DNA of 64,000 nt from Pelagibacteraceae bacterium (GCA_017639935.1 JAGFWP010000010.1:11213-75212); one strand, 5' to 3'; positions 15,961 to 26,618 are shown, counted from the first letter of the stretch. Made by a program: numbers and translations. Notes: generated by a model not told the origin, from the sequence alone.

Positions 15961-16808
15961 ATAAAAGAATAGTTCAATTTTTATCGCATACAATCCTCAT
16001 TCTAGGAGTATTATTGATGGTTGTTCCAATTTGGATCGCTTTTGCTAGCTCAACACATGAAAATGTAACCATTTTAAAAGAAGGAATGCAATGGGGCCTT
16101 GGAGACCAATTAGTCAGAAATTATAATGAAGTATTAAATCAAAAAGGCGGCTTCTCGCAGGAGATCACTGCCACGAGAATGTTCATCAACAGTTTCATCA
16201 TGGCTTTTGGAATTGCGAGCATAAAAGTTATTATTTCATCTATGTCGGCGTATGCGATTGTGTATTTTAGATTTAAACTAGCCGTGCCTCTTTTTTGGTT
16301 AATATTTATAACACTGTTAGTGCCATTAGAAGTAAGAATTCTTCCAAGCTATCAAGTCGTATCTGACTTAAATTTAACAAATTCCTATACAGGCTTAATT
16401 CTCCCATTAGTTGCGTCCGCCACGGCCACTTTCTTCTTCAGGCAGTTTTACAAATCCGTTCCTGACGAACTCTTGGAAGCCGCAAAGCTGGACGGTGCCA
16501 ATAGTTGGAAATTTTTCATTGATTTTTTAGTTCCTTTATCCAAAACCATGATTGCGGCGATGTTCATCTTCATGTTTGTCTATGGTTACAGCCAATACCT
16601 GTGGCCTTTGATCATGACGACAGATGAGAAATATTGGACCGTCGTGATGGGAATGAAAATTATCTTTCAGGAATCTTATGAAGGTGGAAATTTACCAAGA
16701 GTTGCTGAGAGATTCGCATATATTATTTTATCAATGATACCTCCTATTCTAGTAGTAGTATTTTTACAGCGTTGGTTTATTAAGGGATTGATTCAAACAG
16801 AGAAATAA
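15957..16808 (+). CDS. ABC sugar-type permease (UgpE/MalG-like), tandem paralog 2
   Basis: Collinear with paralog 1. Start ATG 15957 (MNKRIVQFLSH..) gives an ATGA overlap. The track start at 15813 would overlap paralog 1 in another frame. Confidence 0.88.
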   Translation: MNKRIVQFLSHTILILGVLLMVVPIWIAFASSTHENVTILKEGMQWGLGDQLVRNYNEVLNQKGGFSQEITATRMFINSFIMAFGIASIKVIISSMSAYAIVYFRFKLAVPLFWLIFITLLVPLEVRILPSYQVVSDLNLTNSYTGLILPLVASATATFFFRQFYKSVPDELLEAAKLDGANSWKFFIDFLVPLSKTMIAAMFIFMFVYGYSQYLWPLIMTTDEKYWTVVMGMKIIFQESYEGGNLPRVAERFAYIILSMIPPILVVVFLQRWFIKGLIQTEK

Positions 16809-17861
16809 ATGAGTTTTTTAGAATTAAAAAATATAACAAAAGTATACCCTAACGGGACTAAAGCGATAAATGAAACTTCTTTAAATATTGAATATGGTGA
16901 GTTTATGGTTTTTGTAGGACCAAGTGGTTGTGGTAAATCAACATTGCTTAGAATGATCGCGGGTCTTGAAGATATAACTGAGGGCGAAATTGATCTTGAT
17001 GGAAAAACTATTAATAAAATTGATCCATCTGAAAGAGATGTTGCTATGGTTTTTCAAAACTACGCTTTATACCCGCACATGAATGTATATAAAAACTTAT
17101 CTTATGGTTTAAAAAATAGAGGTGAATCAAAAGAAAACATTGATAACAAAGTCAAAGAAGTTGCTGAACTGCTAGAAATAAAAGAATATCTTCAAAGAAA
17201 ACCAGCTCAACTTTCTGGAGGACAAAGACAAAGAGTAGCTATGGGAAGAGCAATAGTGAGAAACCCTAAGGTATTCTTATTTGATGAACCTCTTTCTAAT
17301 CTTGATGCAAAATTGAGAGGACAAGTTAGAATTGAAATTAAAAAATTACAACAAAGCATGAATGTTACAAGTGTTTTTGTAACGCACGATCAAGTGGAAG
17401 CAATGACACTAGGTGACAGATTGGCTGTAATTAATAATGGAGTAATTGAACAGCTTGGAACTCCAATAGAGGTTTATGAAAAACCCGCGAGTAAATTTGT
17501 TGGTGAATTTATAGGAAGCCCTCAAATGAACTTTGTGAATGGAGCAATTAACAACAATAATTTTGAGTCAAGCAGCTTTAAGTTAAATAAAGATTTAAAC
17601 ATTGATAATGCAAGTGTCGTCTTAGGTTTTCGAGCAGAAGATTTGAATTTAAAAGAAGAAGGTGAAATATCCTTAACCATAGACATAATTGAAAAACTTG
17701 GATCTGATAGCATTATTTATGGAAGAGACAAAGATGGCCAATCTATTTGTTACAAAGAAAGCGGCAACACTAAATTAGAAGTTGGTGAAATTATAAATAT
17801 CTCCCTGGACGTTGATGCAGTTCATATTTTTGATGAAAAAACAGGCAAAAGACTAAATTAA
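16809..17861 (+). CDS. ABC transporter ATP-binding protein (UgpC/MalK-like)
   Basis: Walker [10 protein letters not shown], signature LSGGQRQR, Walker B LFDEPLS, and a C-terminal regulatory (TOBE-like) domain. Confidence 0.95.
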   Translation: MSFLELKNITKVYPNGTKAINETSLNIEYGEFMVFVGPSGCGKSTLLRMIAGLEDITEGEIDLDGKTINKIDPSERDVAMVFQNYALYPHMNVYKNLSYGLKNRGESKENIDNKVKEVAELLEIKEYLQRKPAQLSGGQRQRVAMGRAIVRNPKVFLFDEPLSNLDAKLRGQVRIEIKKLQQSMNVTSVFVTHDQVEAMTLGDRLAVINNGVIEQLGTPIEVYEKPASKFVGEFIGSPQMNFVNGAINNNNFESSSFKLNKDLNIDNASVVLGFRAEDLNLKEEGEISLTIDIIEKLGSDSIIYGRDKDGQSICYKESGNTKLEVGEIINISLDVDAVHIFDEKTGKRLN

Positions 17862-17900
17862 TAATTTTTTACGGAAAAATAAAAATATATAAAATTGCTT

Positions 17901-18947
17901 ATGGCAAAAATTCTAATTTTAGGCGCTGGCGCAATGGGATCGGCTTTCTCAGTTCCGTTGCTTGAACGCCAACATGAAGTAATGATAGCGGGCACTCATC
18001 TTGAAGATGCATTCATTGATGAAATGAAAAATAATAATAATTTTCATCCCGGTTTGAAACTCCATCTTTCAGAGAAGACAAACATTATAAAATATATGAA
18101 CTTGTCTAAGGAATTAAGAAAGAATCCAGATTTGATTGTGCTCGGGATAAGTTCTAAAGGAATCAACTGGGTTGTTGATCAACTAGGTGCTTTTTTTAAC
18201 GATGGCACATTGCCCCCCATTCTGATGCTTACAAAAGGTCTAAGTATTCATGAAAATAAATATGAATTATTGGTTGATAAACTGGAGAGACTGCTAATTA
18301 GCAAGGGATTTAAAAATACAAATATTTCTGCGGTTGCCGGCCCCTGTCTCGCCAATGGGTTGGCCAGTAAAGTTCATACCAGTGTTATCTTTGCAAATAA
18401 GAATTTAAAAACTGTTGAGTGGCTAAAGAATATTTTGACCACTGATTATTACCATCCTTCAATTTCTGACGACATGACAGGGATTGAAGTTTGCGCGGCC
18501 ATTAAAAATATTTTTTCAATGGTTATCGGCTTCTCTAAAGGACTGTATGATGAAGTAGCGGAGGATGGATTAAAAGAAAACAACTACCTTAATACTTCCG
18601 CCTCCTTAATCAGTCAGTCTCTGTATGAAATGGGGTTGTTTGTGGATTTTTTAAAAGGAAATGAGAAAACCGTATACGGACTTGCGGGTCTGGGAGACTT
18701 ATTCGTTAGTTCTCAAGGGGGGAGAAACAGTAAGATGGGTGAATACATGAGCAAGGGTTGCGTTTACTCCGAAGTGAAAAAATCTAAAATGCCGGCAGTA
18801 ACTGTTGAAGGTGCGGAATTGGTGTTTGAAATTGGAGCAAACATAAAAAATGATTTTAGCATAAAAAAAATGCCCCTACTTATTGGGATGGTGGACGCTA
18901 TTTTGGATGATAAGAAATTTGAAATTAACTGGAGATATTTTCATTAA
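17901..18947 (+). CDS. NAD(P)-dependent glycerol-3-phosphate dehydrogenase family protein (GpsA-like, divergent)
   Basis: ILILGAGAMGSAF Rossmann motif, and a C-terminal domain with AGPCLANGLA and DMTGIEVCAAIKNIFSMVIGFSKGL (GpsA pattern D..GvE..galKNv.Aia.G). Confidence 0.75.
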   Translation: MAKILILGAGAMGSAFSVPLLERQHEVMIAGTHLEDAFIDEMKNNNNFHPGLKLHLSEKTNIIKYMNLSKELRKNPDLIVLGISSKGINWVVDQLGAFFNDGTLPPILMLTKGLSIHENKYELLVDKLERLLISKGFKNTNISAVAGPCLANGLASKVHTSVIFANKNLKTVEWLKNILTTDYYHPSISDDMTGIEVCAAIKNIFSMVIGFSKGLYDEVAEDGLKENNYLNTSASLISQSLYEMGLFVDFLKGNEKTVYGLAGLGDLFVSSQGGRNSKMGEYMSKGCVYSEVKKSKMPAVTVEGAELVFEIGANIKNDFSIKKMPLLIGMVDAILDDKKFEINWRYFH

Positions 18948-18966
18948 TTATCTAATTTGTCACTTT

Positions 18967-18980
18967 TTGACATAGATCAA
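18967..18980. promoter_or_regulatory. Crp/Fnr-type palindrome TTGACATAGATCAA (one mismatch to TTGAT-N4-ATCAA)
   Basis: Sequence match to the classical consensus. A perfect copy lies at 29781-29794. Confidence 0.3.
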
Positions 18981-19033
18981 AAAACACTCTCTCAAATCAA
19001 AAAAAAATTCCGCAGACTTCAATATTCCTGATG

Positions 19034-19057
19034 TTTGCATCATTTTGTTGATGCAAA
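19034..19057. other. perfect 9-bp inverted repeat TTTGCATCA-ttttgt-TGATGCAAA
   Basis: Seen directly. No T-run follows on either strand, so it is not a canonical terminator. Confidence 0.5.
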
Positions 19058-19145
19058 AAGCCAAATATGATCATTATAATTTCGTAATAATTTAATATTC
19101 TTTATAATTTATCCCAAAATATTAATGCCATTTTACAAAATGATG

Positions 19146-19168
19146 TTGACAAGTAAAACGTTTTATTA
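19146..19168 (+). promoter_or_regulatory. promoter/LacI-type operator, copy 2 of 4 (ABC operon B)
   Basis: Identical 23-mer. Palindrome at 19154-19165. Confidence 0.75.
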
Positions 19169-19245
19169 ATAAGTTATTTTTGCTGATTATTAATTATTAT
19201 ACAATTTAATATAATTCTTAATATGACTATTTGTTAGGAGAAAAA

Positions 19246-20541
19246 ATGAAAAAATTTATTTATTTAATGAGTAATTTTGTATCAATATTTAAAACTTTGG
19301 GTTTTATTTTTTTTACAACTTTAGTTGTTTTATCTTTTAATGTTAAAGCAGCAGAAATTAAATTTATATGTTATCAAGATAGCAACGAGTGTGACACCAT
19401 TGCTGAAATGGCAAAATCCTGGGAATCATCAACTGGTAATAAAGTTAACATTGAAACAGTCGGGTACGAGGTTATCAGAGAACAGCTAGAAAACCAATTA
19501 GAATCAGATGCGGCCCCAGATGTAGCAAGAGTAACAAATCTGGGAGGTCTAAATAAATTCTACCTAGATCTAAAACCTTATGTAGATTCATCATATTGGG
19601 AAACTAACTATGGTGCTACCTTGCCATGGTACCGCAAACCATCTGGAGATGACGGTATTTATGGTTGGCAAACTCAGCTTACTGTTACAGGTCCATACGT
19701 AAATGTGACTATGTTTGAAGACGCTGGTGTTGATATGCCAGAAGAAGGCGCTTCATGGGATGATTGGGCAGATGCTCTTAGAAAAGTTAAATCAGAACTA
19801 GATTTAACAGCTGGACTAGCATTGGATAGAACAGCGCATAGATGGGCTGGACCCGCGTTTTCTTATGGTGCTAAATTTCACAAAGATGGCGTTCCAATTT
19901 TAGTAGATGAAGGTTTCAGAAAATTTTCTGAAGTCTTTGTTGGATGGCATAAAGAAGGACTAATGCCTGTTGAAGGATGGCCTGCAGGTTCAGGAACAGC
20001 TTATAAAAATGCTGCGCCATTATTTTTGGATGGCACTGTAGCAATGCATATGTCAGGTTCATGGATGTTAGGAAATTATGATAAAAACATAACAGACTTT
20101 CAATGGAAAGTCGTTCCAATTCCGTGCGGCCCAGGTGGCTGTGGAGCAATGCCAGGTGGCTCAGGAGTAGTTGCTTTTAAATCAACTAAACATCCTGATG
20201 CAGCTGCATCTTTTATTAACTTTTTGTCTCAAACCGAAAATGCTGAAAATTTTGCTGCTAAAACCAGCAACATTACTGCACATCAAGGTTTGCAAAAGTC
20301 TGGTATTGACTACAAAGGCGTAAGCCCTGTTGTAGCCGAAGGCCTGGCTATTTTTGCCGCAAACGCGGGAAAAGCAGCTGATTCAACTCCACAAGCTTAT
20401 TGGTTCCAAGGTTATAATAAAAACTTTGCAATTTATGGAATTGTTCCAGACTATATAACAAAAGCTATCACAGGCGAAATGAGCCTTGATGATGCTTTAA
20501 ATGCAATAGATGCTGACGTTGCTGCAAAAATTGCTGAGTAA
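19246..20541 (+). CDS. ABC transporter substrate-binding protein, family 1
   Basis: Signal peptide ending ..NVKAAE. ATG 19246 lies after the SD GTTAGGAGAAA, and the TTG 19231 in the track overlaps that SD. Confidence 0.9.
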   Translation: MKKFIYLMSNFVSIFKTLGFIFFTTLVVLSFNVKAAEIKFICYQDSNECDTIAEMAKSWESSTGNKVNIETVGYEVIREQLENQLESDAAPDVARVTNLGGLNKFYLDLKPYVDSSYWETNYGATLPWYRKPSGDDGIYGWQTQLTVTGPYVNVTMFEDAGVDMPEEGASWDDWADALRKVKSELDLTAGLALDRTAHRWAGPAFSYGAKFHKDGVPILVDEGFRKFSEVFVGWHKEGLMPVEGWPAGSGTAYKNAAPLFLDGTVAMHMSGSWMLGNYDKNITDFQWKVVPIPCGPGGCGAMPGGSGVVAFKSTKHPDAAASFINFLSQTENAENFAAKTSNITAHQGLQKSGIDYKGVSPVVAEGLAIFAANAGKAADSTPQAYWFQGYNKNFAIYGIVPDYITKAITGEMSLDDALNAIDADVAAKIAE

Positions 20542-20561
20542 TTTAGTTTAAGAATATTTTT

Positions 20562-20585
20562 AAGGCCGCTATTCACAGCGGCCTT
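20562..20585 (+). terminator. GC-rich hairpin after the SBP gene
   Basis: AAGGCCGCT-attcac-AGCGGCCTT. Confidence 0.6.
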
Positions 20586-20606
20586 AAAAGAAATTAATAT
20601 ACCAAA

Positions 20607-21662
20607 ATGTTTGAAAGTTTTTTTAATATTAACTATTGGTATTTCATTCTCTTTGTTTATTTATTTATTGGATTTTTATTAACCAGAGAAGTTGCAGGGT
20701 TTATCCCACGTCTAATGTCCGTAATTGGTTGGCCAATTGAGCTATCCCAAAGAATTAGCGGAACAAAAAGCTTACCTTATTTATTTTTATTTCCAAATAT
20801 TTTAATTTTCGGCCTTTTCACTTTCCTGCCATTATTTATGAACTTCGGTTTTTCGGTCACTGATGGTGAAAGTATTAATTTTTCATCCAGAGATTATTCC
20901 GGATCAGACAACTTGGCTAGAATTGTTTTAGAAACTCAAATTGACACTGGTATAGAAAATATGGAAAATGATAAATTTAAAGCCGCAATAGCGGATACTT
21001 TTATATTTGTTATTTTTCAGGTTCCAATTATGATCGTGATAGCTCTCATAACAGCTGTTGTTTTGAACAGAGAAATAATTGGAAGAGCTTTTTGGAGAGC
21101 AGTATATTTTTATCCTGTTATGCTGAGTCCTGTTGTTGTTGCATTTTTATGGACACTAATATTAAAAAGACAAGGACTTTTATCTCAAAAACTTATTGAA
21201 TGGAATTGGATTGAAGAACCCATACAGTGGTTAACTGACCCCTCATGGACGATGTTCTGGTCTGTTTTTGTATATACCTGGGCACATTTAGGTTTTTATA
21301 TGTTAATTTTACTTGCCGGCCTTCAATCTATTCCCAAAGACTTATATGAGGCTGCTGAAATGGATGGAACTTCAAATCAAAGAGTTTTTTGGAAAATTAC
21401 CATACCTTTGTTAATGCCAATTCTTCTTGTTGTAACAGTCTTATCTTTAATAAAAGCTTTCCAAGCTTTTGAGGAATTATTTGCATTGCAAGTAGGTTGG
21501 GTATCACTAGTTTCATACATTTTTGAAACAGCAGGATTGAGAGGTCAAAAAACAACGTTTGGACTTGGAATTGCCGCTATGGCTTCATTATTGGTTGCGG
21601 TATTATTGATATTATTATCTTTATTGCAATTTTATCTTACAAGAAGACAAATTAAATTATGA
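20607..21662 (+). CDS. ABC sugar-type permease (MalF-like)
   Basis: EAA loop EAAEMDGTSNQRVFWKITIP. Confidence 0.9.
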   Translation: MFESFFNINYWYFILFVYLFIGFLLTREVAGFIPRLMSVIGWPIELSQRISGTKSLPYLFLFPNILIFGLFTFLPLFMNFGFSVTDGESINFSSRDYSGSDNLARIVLETQIDTGIENMENDKFKAAIADTFIFVIFQVPIMIVIALITAVVLNREIIGRAFWRAVYFYPVMLSPVVVAFLWTLILKRQGLLSQKLIEWNWIEEPIQWLTDPSWTMFWSVFVYTWAHLGFYMLILLAGLQSIPKDLYEAAEMDGTSNQRVFWKITIPLLMPILLVVTVLSLIKAFQAFEELFALQVGWVSLVSYIFETAGLRGQKTTFGLGIAAMASLLVAVLLILLSLLQFYLTRRQIKL

Positions 21663-23095
21663 GTGCAGTAATAAAATTTTTTACAAGGACACAAGGTCAT
21701 AATAAAATTAATTTTGTAGATTGGATTTCTTATGGATATTTGATTCTTGGTTTTTTTATCATTTTTTTGCCTGTTTTTTGGCTACTTTTAAATTCTGTTA
21801 AATCTCAGTTTTTGCTTCAAAAATTAGATACAAATATTTTGCCCATGGACTATGAAAGAGTGGCGCGTGCTACAGTTTTTGGACCAGAAGGAAAAGAAAT
21901 ATTTATTTTAAAAGATTTGCCTGACTGGGTACTTTATTGGAATGATTTAACGGAAGATGAAAAACTCCAACATGATCAAACTTCTTTTCTAAAAAAATAT
22001 AATGGTAAAGAATATTATGTATTAAGAACTCATTTTGGGCTTGTTTCTAATTATGCAAAAGAATTAATATTAAATAAAAAATTACCTGATTGGTTAATCA
22101 GATATCCCAGCATGTTTCCCGATGCAAAAAAAGAATATGAACCAACAATTTTTTTTAAAGATTTAAATTCTGAGGAAGTCAGATTATTATCAGAATTTTT
22201 GGGCATAAAACCGTATAAGCCAAATGGTTTTACATCTCAAATTTTAGTTTCTGCGATCAACGCTGATACAAATGAAGTCGAAGAGTACTCTGTTAACAGA
22301 CTAAATACAAACAAGGCAACAATTAACGCTCGCTTGATCAGTAATCCACAAGGCGGCATCGTCAAGATTCCTAGCGAACAGATTATGGTTAATAAAACGT
22401 TAAGACCTTCATGGATAAACTATACCGATCCCTTGACTAATAATGTGAGAGGTATGAGCTTTAATGCGATTAAATGTCTGAATAATTCAGTCTTTGTTAC
22501 TATAGTGGCGACAATCATAACCGTATTGATAAATTCTATGGCCGCTTTTGCTTTGTCAAAATACCGTTTTAATGGTCAAATCATTTTTTTTATTATTATT
22601 TTAGCAACCTTAATGGTTCCCGCTTCAGTTTTAATTGTCGGCATATTTAAAATGGTGGCGGTAACAGGTCTAGCAGGAACATTATGGGGTGTAATAATTC
22701 CAGGTGCTGCAACACCTACTGGCGTTTTCATGTTGAGGCAATATATGTTAACTATTCCAGATGAATTATTAGAAGCAGCCCGAATGGATGCTGCTAGTGA
22801 ATGGAGTATTTACTGGCGAATTGTCTTCCCCCTGGCTCTTCCAGCAATTGCCGTACTTGGCATTTTATCTATCATATGGAGATGGAACGATTTAATTTTA
22901 CCAATGATAGCAGTTTCAACGACTAAAGCAGCCTATACGATTCAGTTATGCTTACTCGATTTTCAAGGTGAATACGTAGCGCAAGAACATTATAGACTCG
23001 CTATGACAGTTGTGAGTTTAATTCCAACTACCTTAGTCTTTGTTTTTCTTCAACGCTACATCACAACAGGGATTGCAACAACGGGTATGAAATAA
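21659..23095 (+). CDS. ABC sugar-type permease (MalG-like) with ~220-aa extracytoplasmic insertion after TM1
   Basis: TM1 ([22 protein letters not shown]), then a long hydrophilic stretch up to ..[12 protein letters not shown], then a normal MalG-like core with [20 protein letters not shown]. Confidence 0.88.
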   Translation: MSAVIKFFTRTQGHNKINFVDWISYGYLILGFFIIFLPVFWLLLNSVKSQFLLQKLDTNILPMDYERVARATVFGPEGKEIFILKDLPDWVLYWNDLTEDEKLQHDQTSFLKKYNGKEYYVLRTHFGLVSNYAKELILNKKLPDWLIRYPSMFPDAKKEYEPTIFFKDLNSEEVRLLSEFLGIKPYKPNGFTSQILVSAINADTNEVEEYSVNRLNTNKATINARLISNPQGGIVKIPSEQIMVNKTLRPSWINYTDPLTNNVRGMSFNAIKCLNNSVFVTIVATIITVLINSMAAFALSKYRFNGQIIFFIIILATLMVPASVLIVGIFKMVAVTGLAGTLWGVIIPGAATPTGVFMLRQYMLTIPDELLEAARMDAASEWSIYWRIVFPLALPAIAVLGILSIIWRWNDLILPMIAVSTTKAAYTIQLCLLDFQGEYVAQEHYRLAMTVVSLIPTTLVFVFLQRYITTGIATTGMK

Positions 23096-23100
23096 ATTTT

Positions 23101-24117
23101 ATGGCTAATTTAGAATTAATAGATCTTAGAAAATCATACGACAAACTTGAAGTTATTCACGGAATAAATTTACAAGTTACAGATGGTGAATTTTGTGTAC
23201 TAGTAGGTCCTTCAGGTTGCGGAAAATCAACTTTATTAAGGATGATAGCTGGTTTAGAGGCTATCAGTGAAGGCTCAATAATAATCGACGGAAAAAAAGT
23301 GAACAACATATCCGCTGCAAATAGAGGTTTGGCAATGGTTTTTCAATCATATGCTCTTTATCCACATATGAGTGTGCGTCAGAACCTAGCATTCGGGTTA
23401 GAAAATCTCAAAATGAAAAAGAATGAGATTGAGGAAAGAATTCAACAAGCAGCGAAACTTCTTAGAATGGAGGAATATTTAAAGAGAAGACCCGGTCAAT
23501 TATCAGGAGGGCAAAGACAAAGAGTTGCAATAGGCAGGGCCATAGTTCGAGAACCATCAATTTATTTATTTGATGAACCTTTATCAAATTTAGATGCTGA
23601 GTTAAGAGTAGCAACAAGAGTTGAATTAAAGGCACTACATGAGAGACTTGGCAACACAATGATTTATGTTACCCATGACCAGGTTGAAGCAATGACTATG
23701 GCAGATAAAATAGTTGTTTTAAACGAAGGTTTAATTGAACAGGTCGGGGCGCCATTGGAACTTTATAATAAACCTGCAAATGAGTTTGTTGCAGGATTTA
23801 TTGGATCTCCACGCATGAACTTTTTTGATATTGATATGCTTCCTGAATCAATTAAACAACTAGCACCCAATCATGCTTCTAGGCTCGGGGTAAGACCTGA
23901 ACACTTCGATCTTAAAGGAAAAATCATTCTTCCCTTAAAAGTTAACAATGTTGAACAACTAGGCTCGGACAGTTTTTTGTATGGAAAAACAAATAAAGGA
24001 CAAAAAATATCAATAAAACTAAATAATCAAACTCAAATTAAAGCGGAAGATGATATCATTGCTAGTTTTTCCCTGGAAAATTCCCATTGGTTTAATAATA
24101 GCGGAATTAGAATTTAA
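23101..24117 (+). CDS. ABC transporter ATP-binding protein (MalK/UgpC-like)
   Basis: [17 protein letters not shown] and LFDEPLS. Confidence 0.95.
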   Translation: MANLELIDLRKSYDKLEVIHGINLQVTDGEFCVLVGPSGCGKSTLLRMIAGLEAISEGSIIIDGKKVNNISAANRGLAMVFQSYALYPHMSVRQNLAFGLENLKMKKNEIEERIQQAAKLLRMEEYLKRRPGQLSGGQRQRVAIGRAIVREPSIYLFDEPLSNLDAELRVATRVELKALHERLGNTMIYVTHDQVEAMTMADKIVVLNEGLIEQVGAPLELYNKPANEFVAGFIGSPRMNFFDIDMLPESIKQLAPNHASRLGVRPEHFDLKGKIILPLKVNNVEQLGSDSFLYGKTNKGQKISIKLNNQTQIKAEDDIIASFSLENSHWFNNSGIRI

Positions 24118-24158
24118 TATTAATTAGTAATTCATAATCCCTCAGGATTTTATTTTAT

Positions 24159-26573
24159 ATGAAATTATTTTCAAAAATTTATTCCCAAAAAATTGGCAAA
24201 GATGGCGCAATTTTAAGTTTAGATGATGATTGGATAATGAGAATCCGCATTCTTGAAAACTGGCTATTGCGAATTACTCTTGCGCCAAAAGAAGGATTAT
24301 CAATTAAAAATACGTGGATGGTTTGTCCAAAAAAAGCTCCTTTAAATTATGGAAGAGATAGAGAAAATTTAACTTGTTTTACTCTTCCAGATAATTTTCC
24401 TTGTAAGGAAAATGGCAATACGTATTTAAGAGGTGGAAACTTTAAGGTCTTGATTAAAAAAGATCCTTTAGTCATCAATATTAAAATTAAAGATAAACGT
24501 GGAAATTGGAATACCGCATTAAGCGATAGAGAGACAGGGTCTTGGTACTGGGATGCAAGAAGAAATAGCACATTCCATTATCAAGAAAGAAACATTAATG
24601 AAAAATTTTATGGCCTAGGAGAAAAAGCAGGAAAGTTAGACAGATCTTTTCGAAGATTTCAAATGTCTCAAAAAGATGCTTTGGGTTACAATGCTGAATT
24701 GAGTGATCCTCTATATAAGTCATTTCCATGGTTAATGATTAGATCAATTGACAATCAAAAAAATGATGTTGGTGTTTTATATGACACATTAGCACCTGCT
24801 GTTATTGATTGCGGCAGTGAGCATTCTAATTATCATGAAAAATATAGATATTTTGAAACTGAGACGAAAGGCATCGATTTATATGTTTTAACCAATAATA
24901 ATTGTTCTCTACCTGCAATGATTAACAAGCTTACCGGAATGCCTCCTTTACCACCTAAATGGAGCTTGGGTTTTCAATTCTCATCAATGGAGTTAGCAGA
25001 CCACCCTCTGGGAGAGAAATCTTTTTTTCATTTTTTTAATTTGTGCAATAAATACAAGATTCCCATAAGCGCTTTGCATTTTAGTTCAGGATATACTCTA
25101 AAAAAAGGTAAACGATATGTGTTTACTTGGGATAAGAGCAGATATCCTAATCCAAAAAAATTTTTGTTTAAATTAAAAGATTTGGGAATTCATTTAGTTG
25201 CAAATGTAAAACCAGCATTGTTAGATGATCATCCTTTGTATGAAGAAGCTAAATTAAAAAATATATTTATAAATGACAAACAAGACCAACCTTCAAAGAT
25301 TCAATTTTGGGGGGGGAAAGGCAGTCTAATTGATTTCACTAAATCGTCTGCTTTGAAATGGTGGAAAAAAAATGTTGAAGAACAATTATTAGCCACAGGA
25401 TTCGAGGGCATTTGGAATGATAATAACGAATATGATTTAAAGCAAGTTGAATCAGTTTCAAAAATTGAAAATCAGAATATTGACACCGAGAAAATTTCAT
25501 CAGCTCAAGCACTTATGATGGTAAAGAATTCTTATGAATCTGTAAAAAAATTTTATCCCAATAAAAGGATTTATTGTATATCCCGCTCAGGCTGTTTGGG
25601 CATTCAAAGATGGGCGGAGACTTGGACAGGAGATAATAAAACATCATGGCATACACTTAAATGGAATCTTGCTATGGGGTTAGGACTTTCATTGTCTGGA
25701 ATCGGACGATTTGGACATGATATCGGTGGTTTTACAGGAAAAAAAACAGATAAAGAGCTTCTGATCAGATGGGTACAAGCAATGTTGTTACATCCACGCT
25801 TTCATATGAATTCTTGGAAACCTTCTATACAAAATGATTTTGAAAACGATATTAATTTTGGAAGTCAAATAAACCTTCCCTGGATGCACAAAGAAATAAC
25901 TCCGCTTATAAGTAAACTATTAAATTTACGATATGAATTATTGCCTATTCTCTATTCCGCTCTTTGGGTATATCACCACAAGGGAGAACCTCCAATCCGT
26001 CCACTTTTTTTAGATTACCCTGAACAAAAAATTTATGATCAAGATGATGTTTATGCTCTTACCGATCGGATAATTGTAGCACCTGTTGTCGAGGAAGGTC
26101 ATCGCAAACGTAGCCTTTATTTGCCTTATTGCGACGAAGGTTGGTATGATTATTACAATATGAAATTTGTTGCACAACAAGGTTATGTTGAGCTCAAGGC
26201 TCCATTAGAAAAACTTCCGATTATAATAAAAGGAGGCACAATTATTCCTAGAGCCAAAACACCGTGGTTTCCATCACCACACTCAGCACCGATAAAAGAA
26301 ATAGTTATTTATCCTGCACTAAATAAAGGAAAAAATTTACAAAATAATTTACCAATAATATTCGATGATGGAGAGTCACTGGAATACCAAAAGGGAAATT
26401 TTAAAAGTCTTGTTCCCAATCTTCTTTGGGATAATAAAACAGCTCGGTTGAGTTTTAAATCTAGTGGTTCAGGGATTTTGCCCGAAAGAAGAATATCGAT
26501 AAATAAACCTCCTAAATGGAATGTAAAAATATTATCACTTAAAGGTTTTAATTTAATGAATGAAACTAAATAA
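24159..26573 (+). CDS. glycoside hydrolase family 31 (alpha-glucosidase-like)
   Basis: Nucleophile region GIWNDNNEYD (W-x-D-x-N-E), acid/base region WTGDNKTSW, plus VFTWDKSRYPNP and HDIGGF, all typical of GH31. Confidence 0.9.
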   Translation: MKLFSKIYSQKIGKDGAILSLDDDWIMRIRILENWLLRITLAPKEGLSIKNTWMVCPKKAPLNYGRDRENLTCFTLPDNFPCKENGNTYLRGGNFKVLIKKDPLVINIKIKDKRGNWNTALSDRETGSWYWDARRNSTFHYQERNINEKFYGLGEKAGKLDRSFRRFQMSQKDALGYNAELSDPLYKSFPWLMIRSIDNQKNDVGVLYDTLAPAVIDCGSEHSNYHEKYRYFETETKGIDLYVLTNNNCSLPAMINKLTGMPPLPPKWSLGFQFSSMELADHPLGEKSFFHFFNLCNKYKIPISALHFSSGYTLKKGKRYVFTWDKSRYPNPKKFLFKLKDLGIHLVANVKPALLDDHPLYEEAKLKNIFINDKQDQPSKIQFWGGKGSLIDFTKSSALKWWKKNVEEQLLATGFEGIWNDNNEYDLKQVESVSKIENQNIDTEKISSAQALMMVKNSYESVKKFYPNKRIYCISRSGCLGIQRWAETWTGDNKTSWHTLKWNLAMGLGLSLSGIGRFGHDIGGFTGKKTDKELLIRWVQAMLLHPRFHMNSWKPSIQNDFENDINFGSQINLPWMHKEITPLISKLLNLRYELLPILYSALWVYHHKGEPPIRPLFLDYPEQKIYDQDDVYALTDRIIVAPVVEEGHRKRSLYLPYCDEGWYDYYNMKFVAQQGYVELKAPLEKLPIIIKGGTIIPRAKTPWFPSPHSAPIKEIVIYPALNKGKNLQNNLPIIFDDGESLEYQKGNFKSLVPNLLWDNKTARLSFKSSGSGILPERRISINKPPKWNVKILSLKGFNLMNETK

Positions 26574-26618
26574 TATTACCTATTGTTCGTATGATAATTT
26601 CATTTAAAAAGATCTTTT

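Noticed and set aside
19034-19057. Intrinsic terminator for operon A
   Set aside because: It is a perfect 9-bp stem but AT-rich and not followed by a T-run on either strand. It is listed only as an inverted repeat of unknown role.
24159-26573. Calling the GH31 enzyme a sulfoquinovosidase outright
   Set aside because: The sulfonate-binding signature as I remember it (R-x-x-W, and Tyr after DIGG) is not present (GKRYVFTW, DIGGF). The motifs resemble ordinary alpha-glucosidases. It is kept only as one hypothesis.
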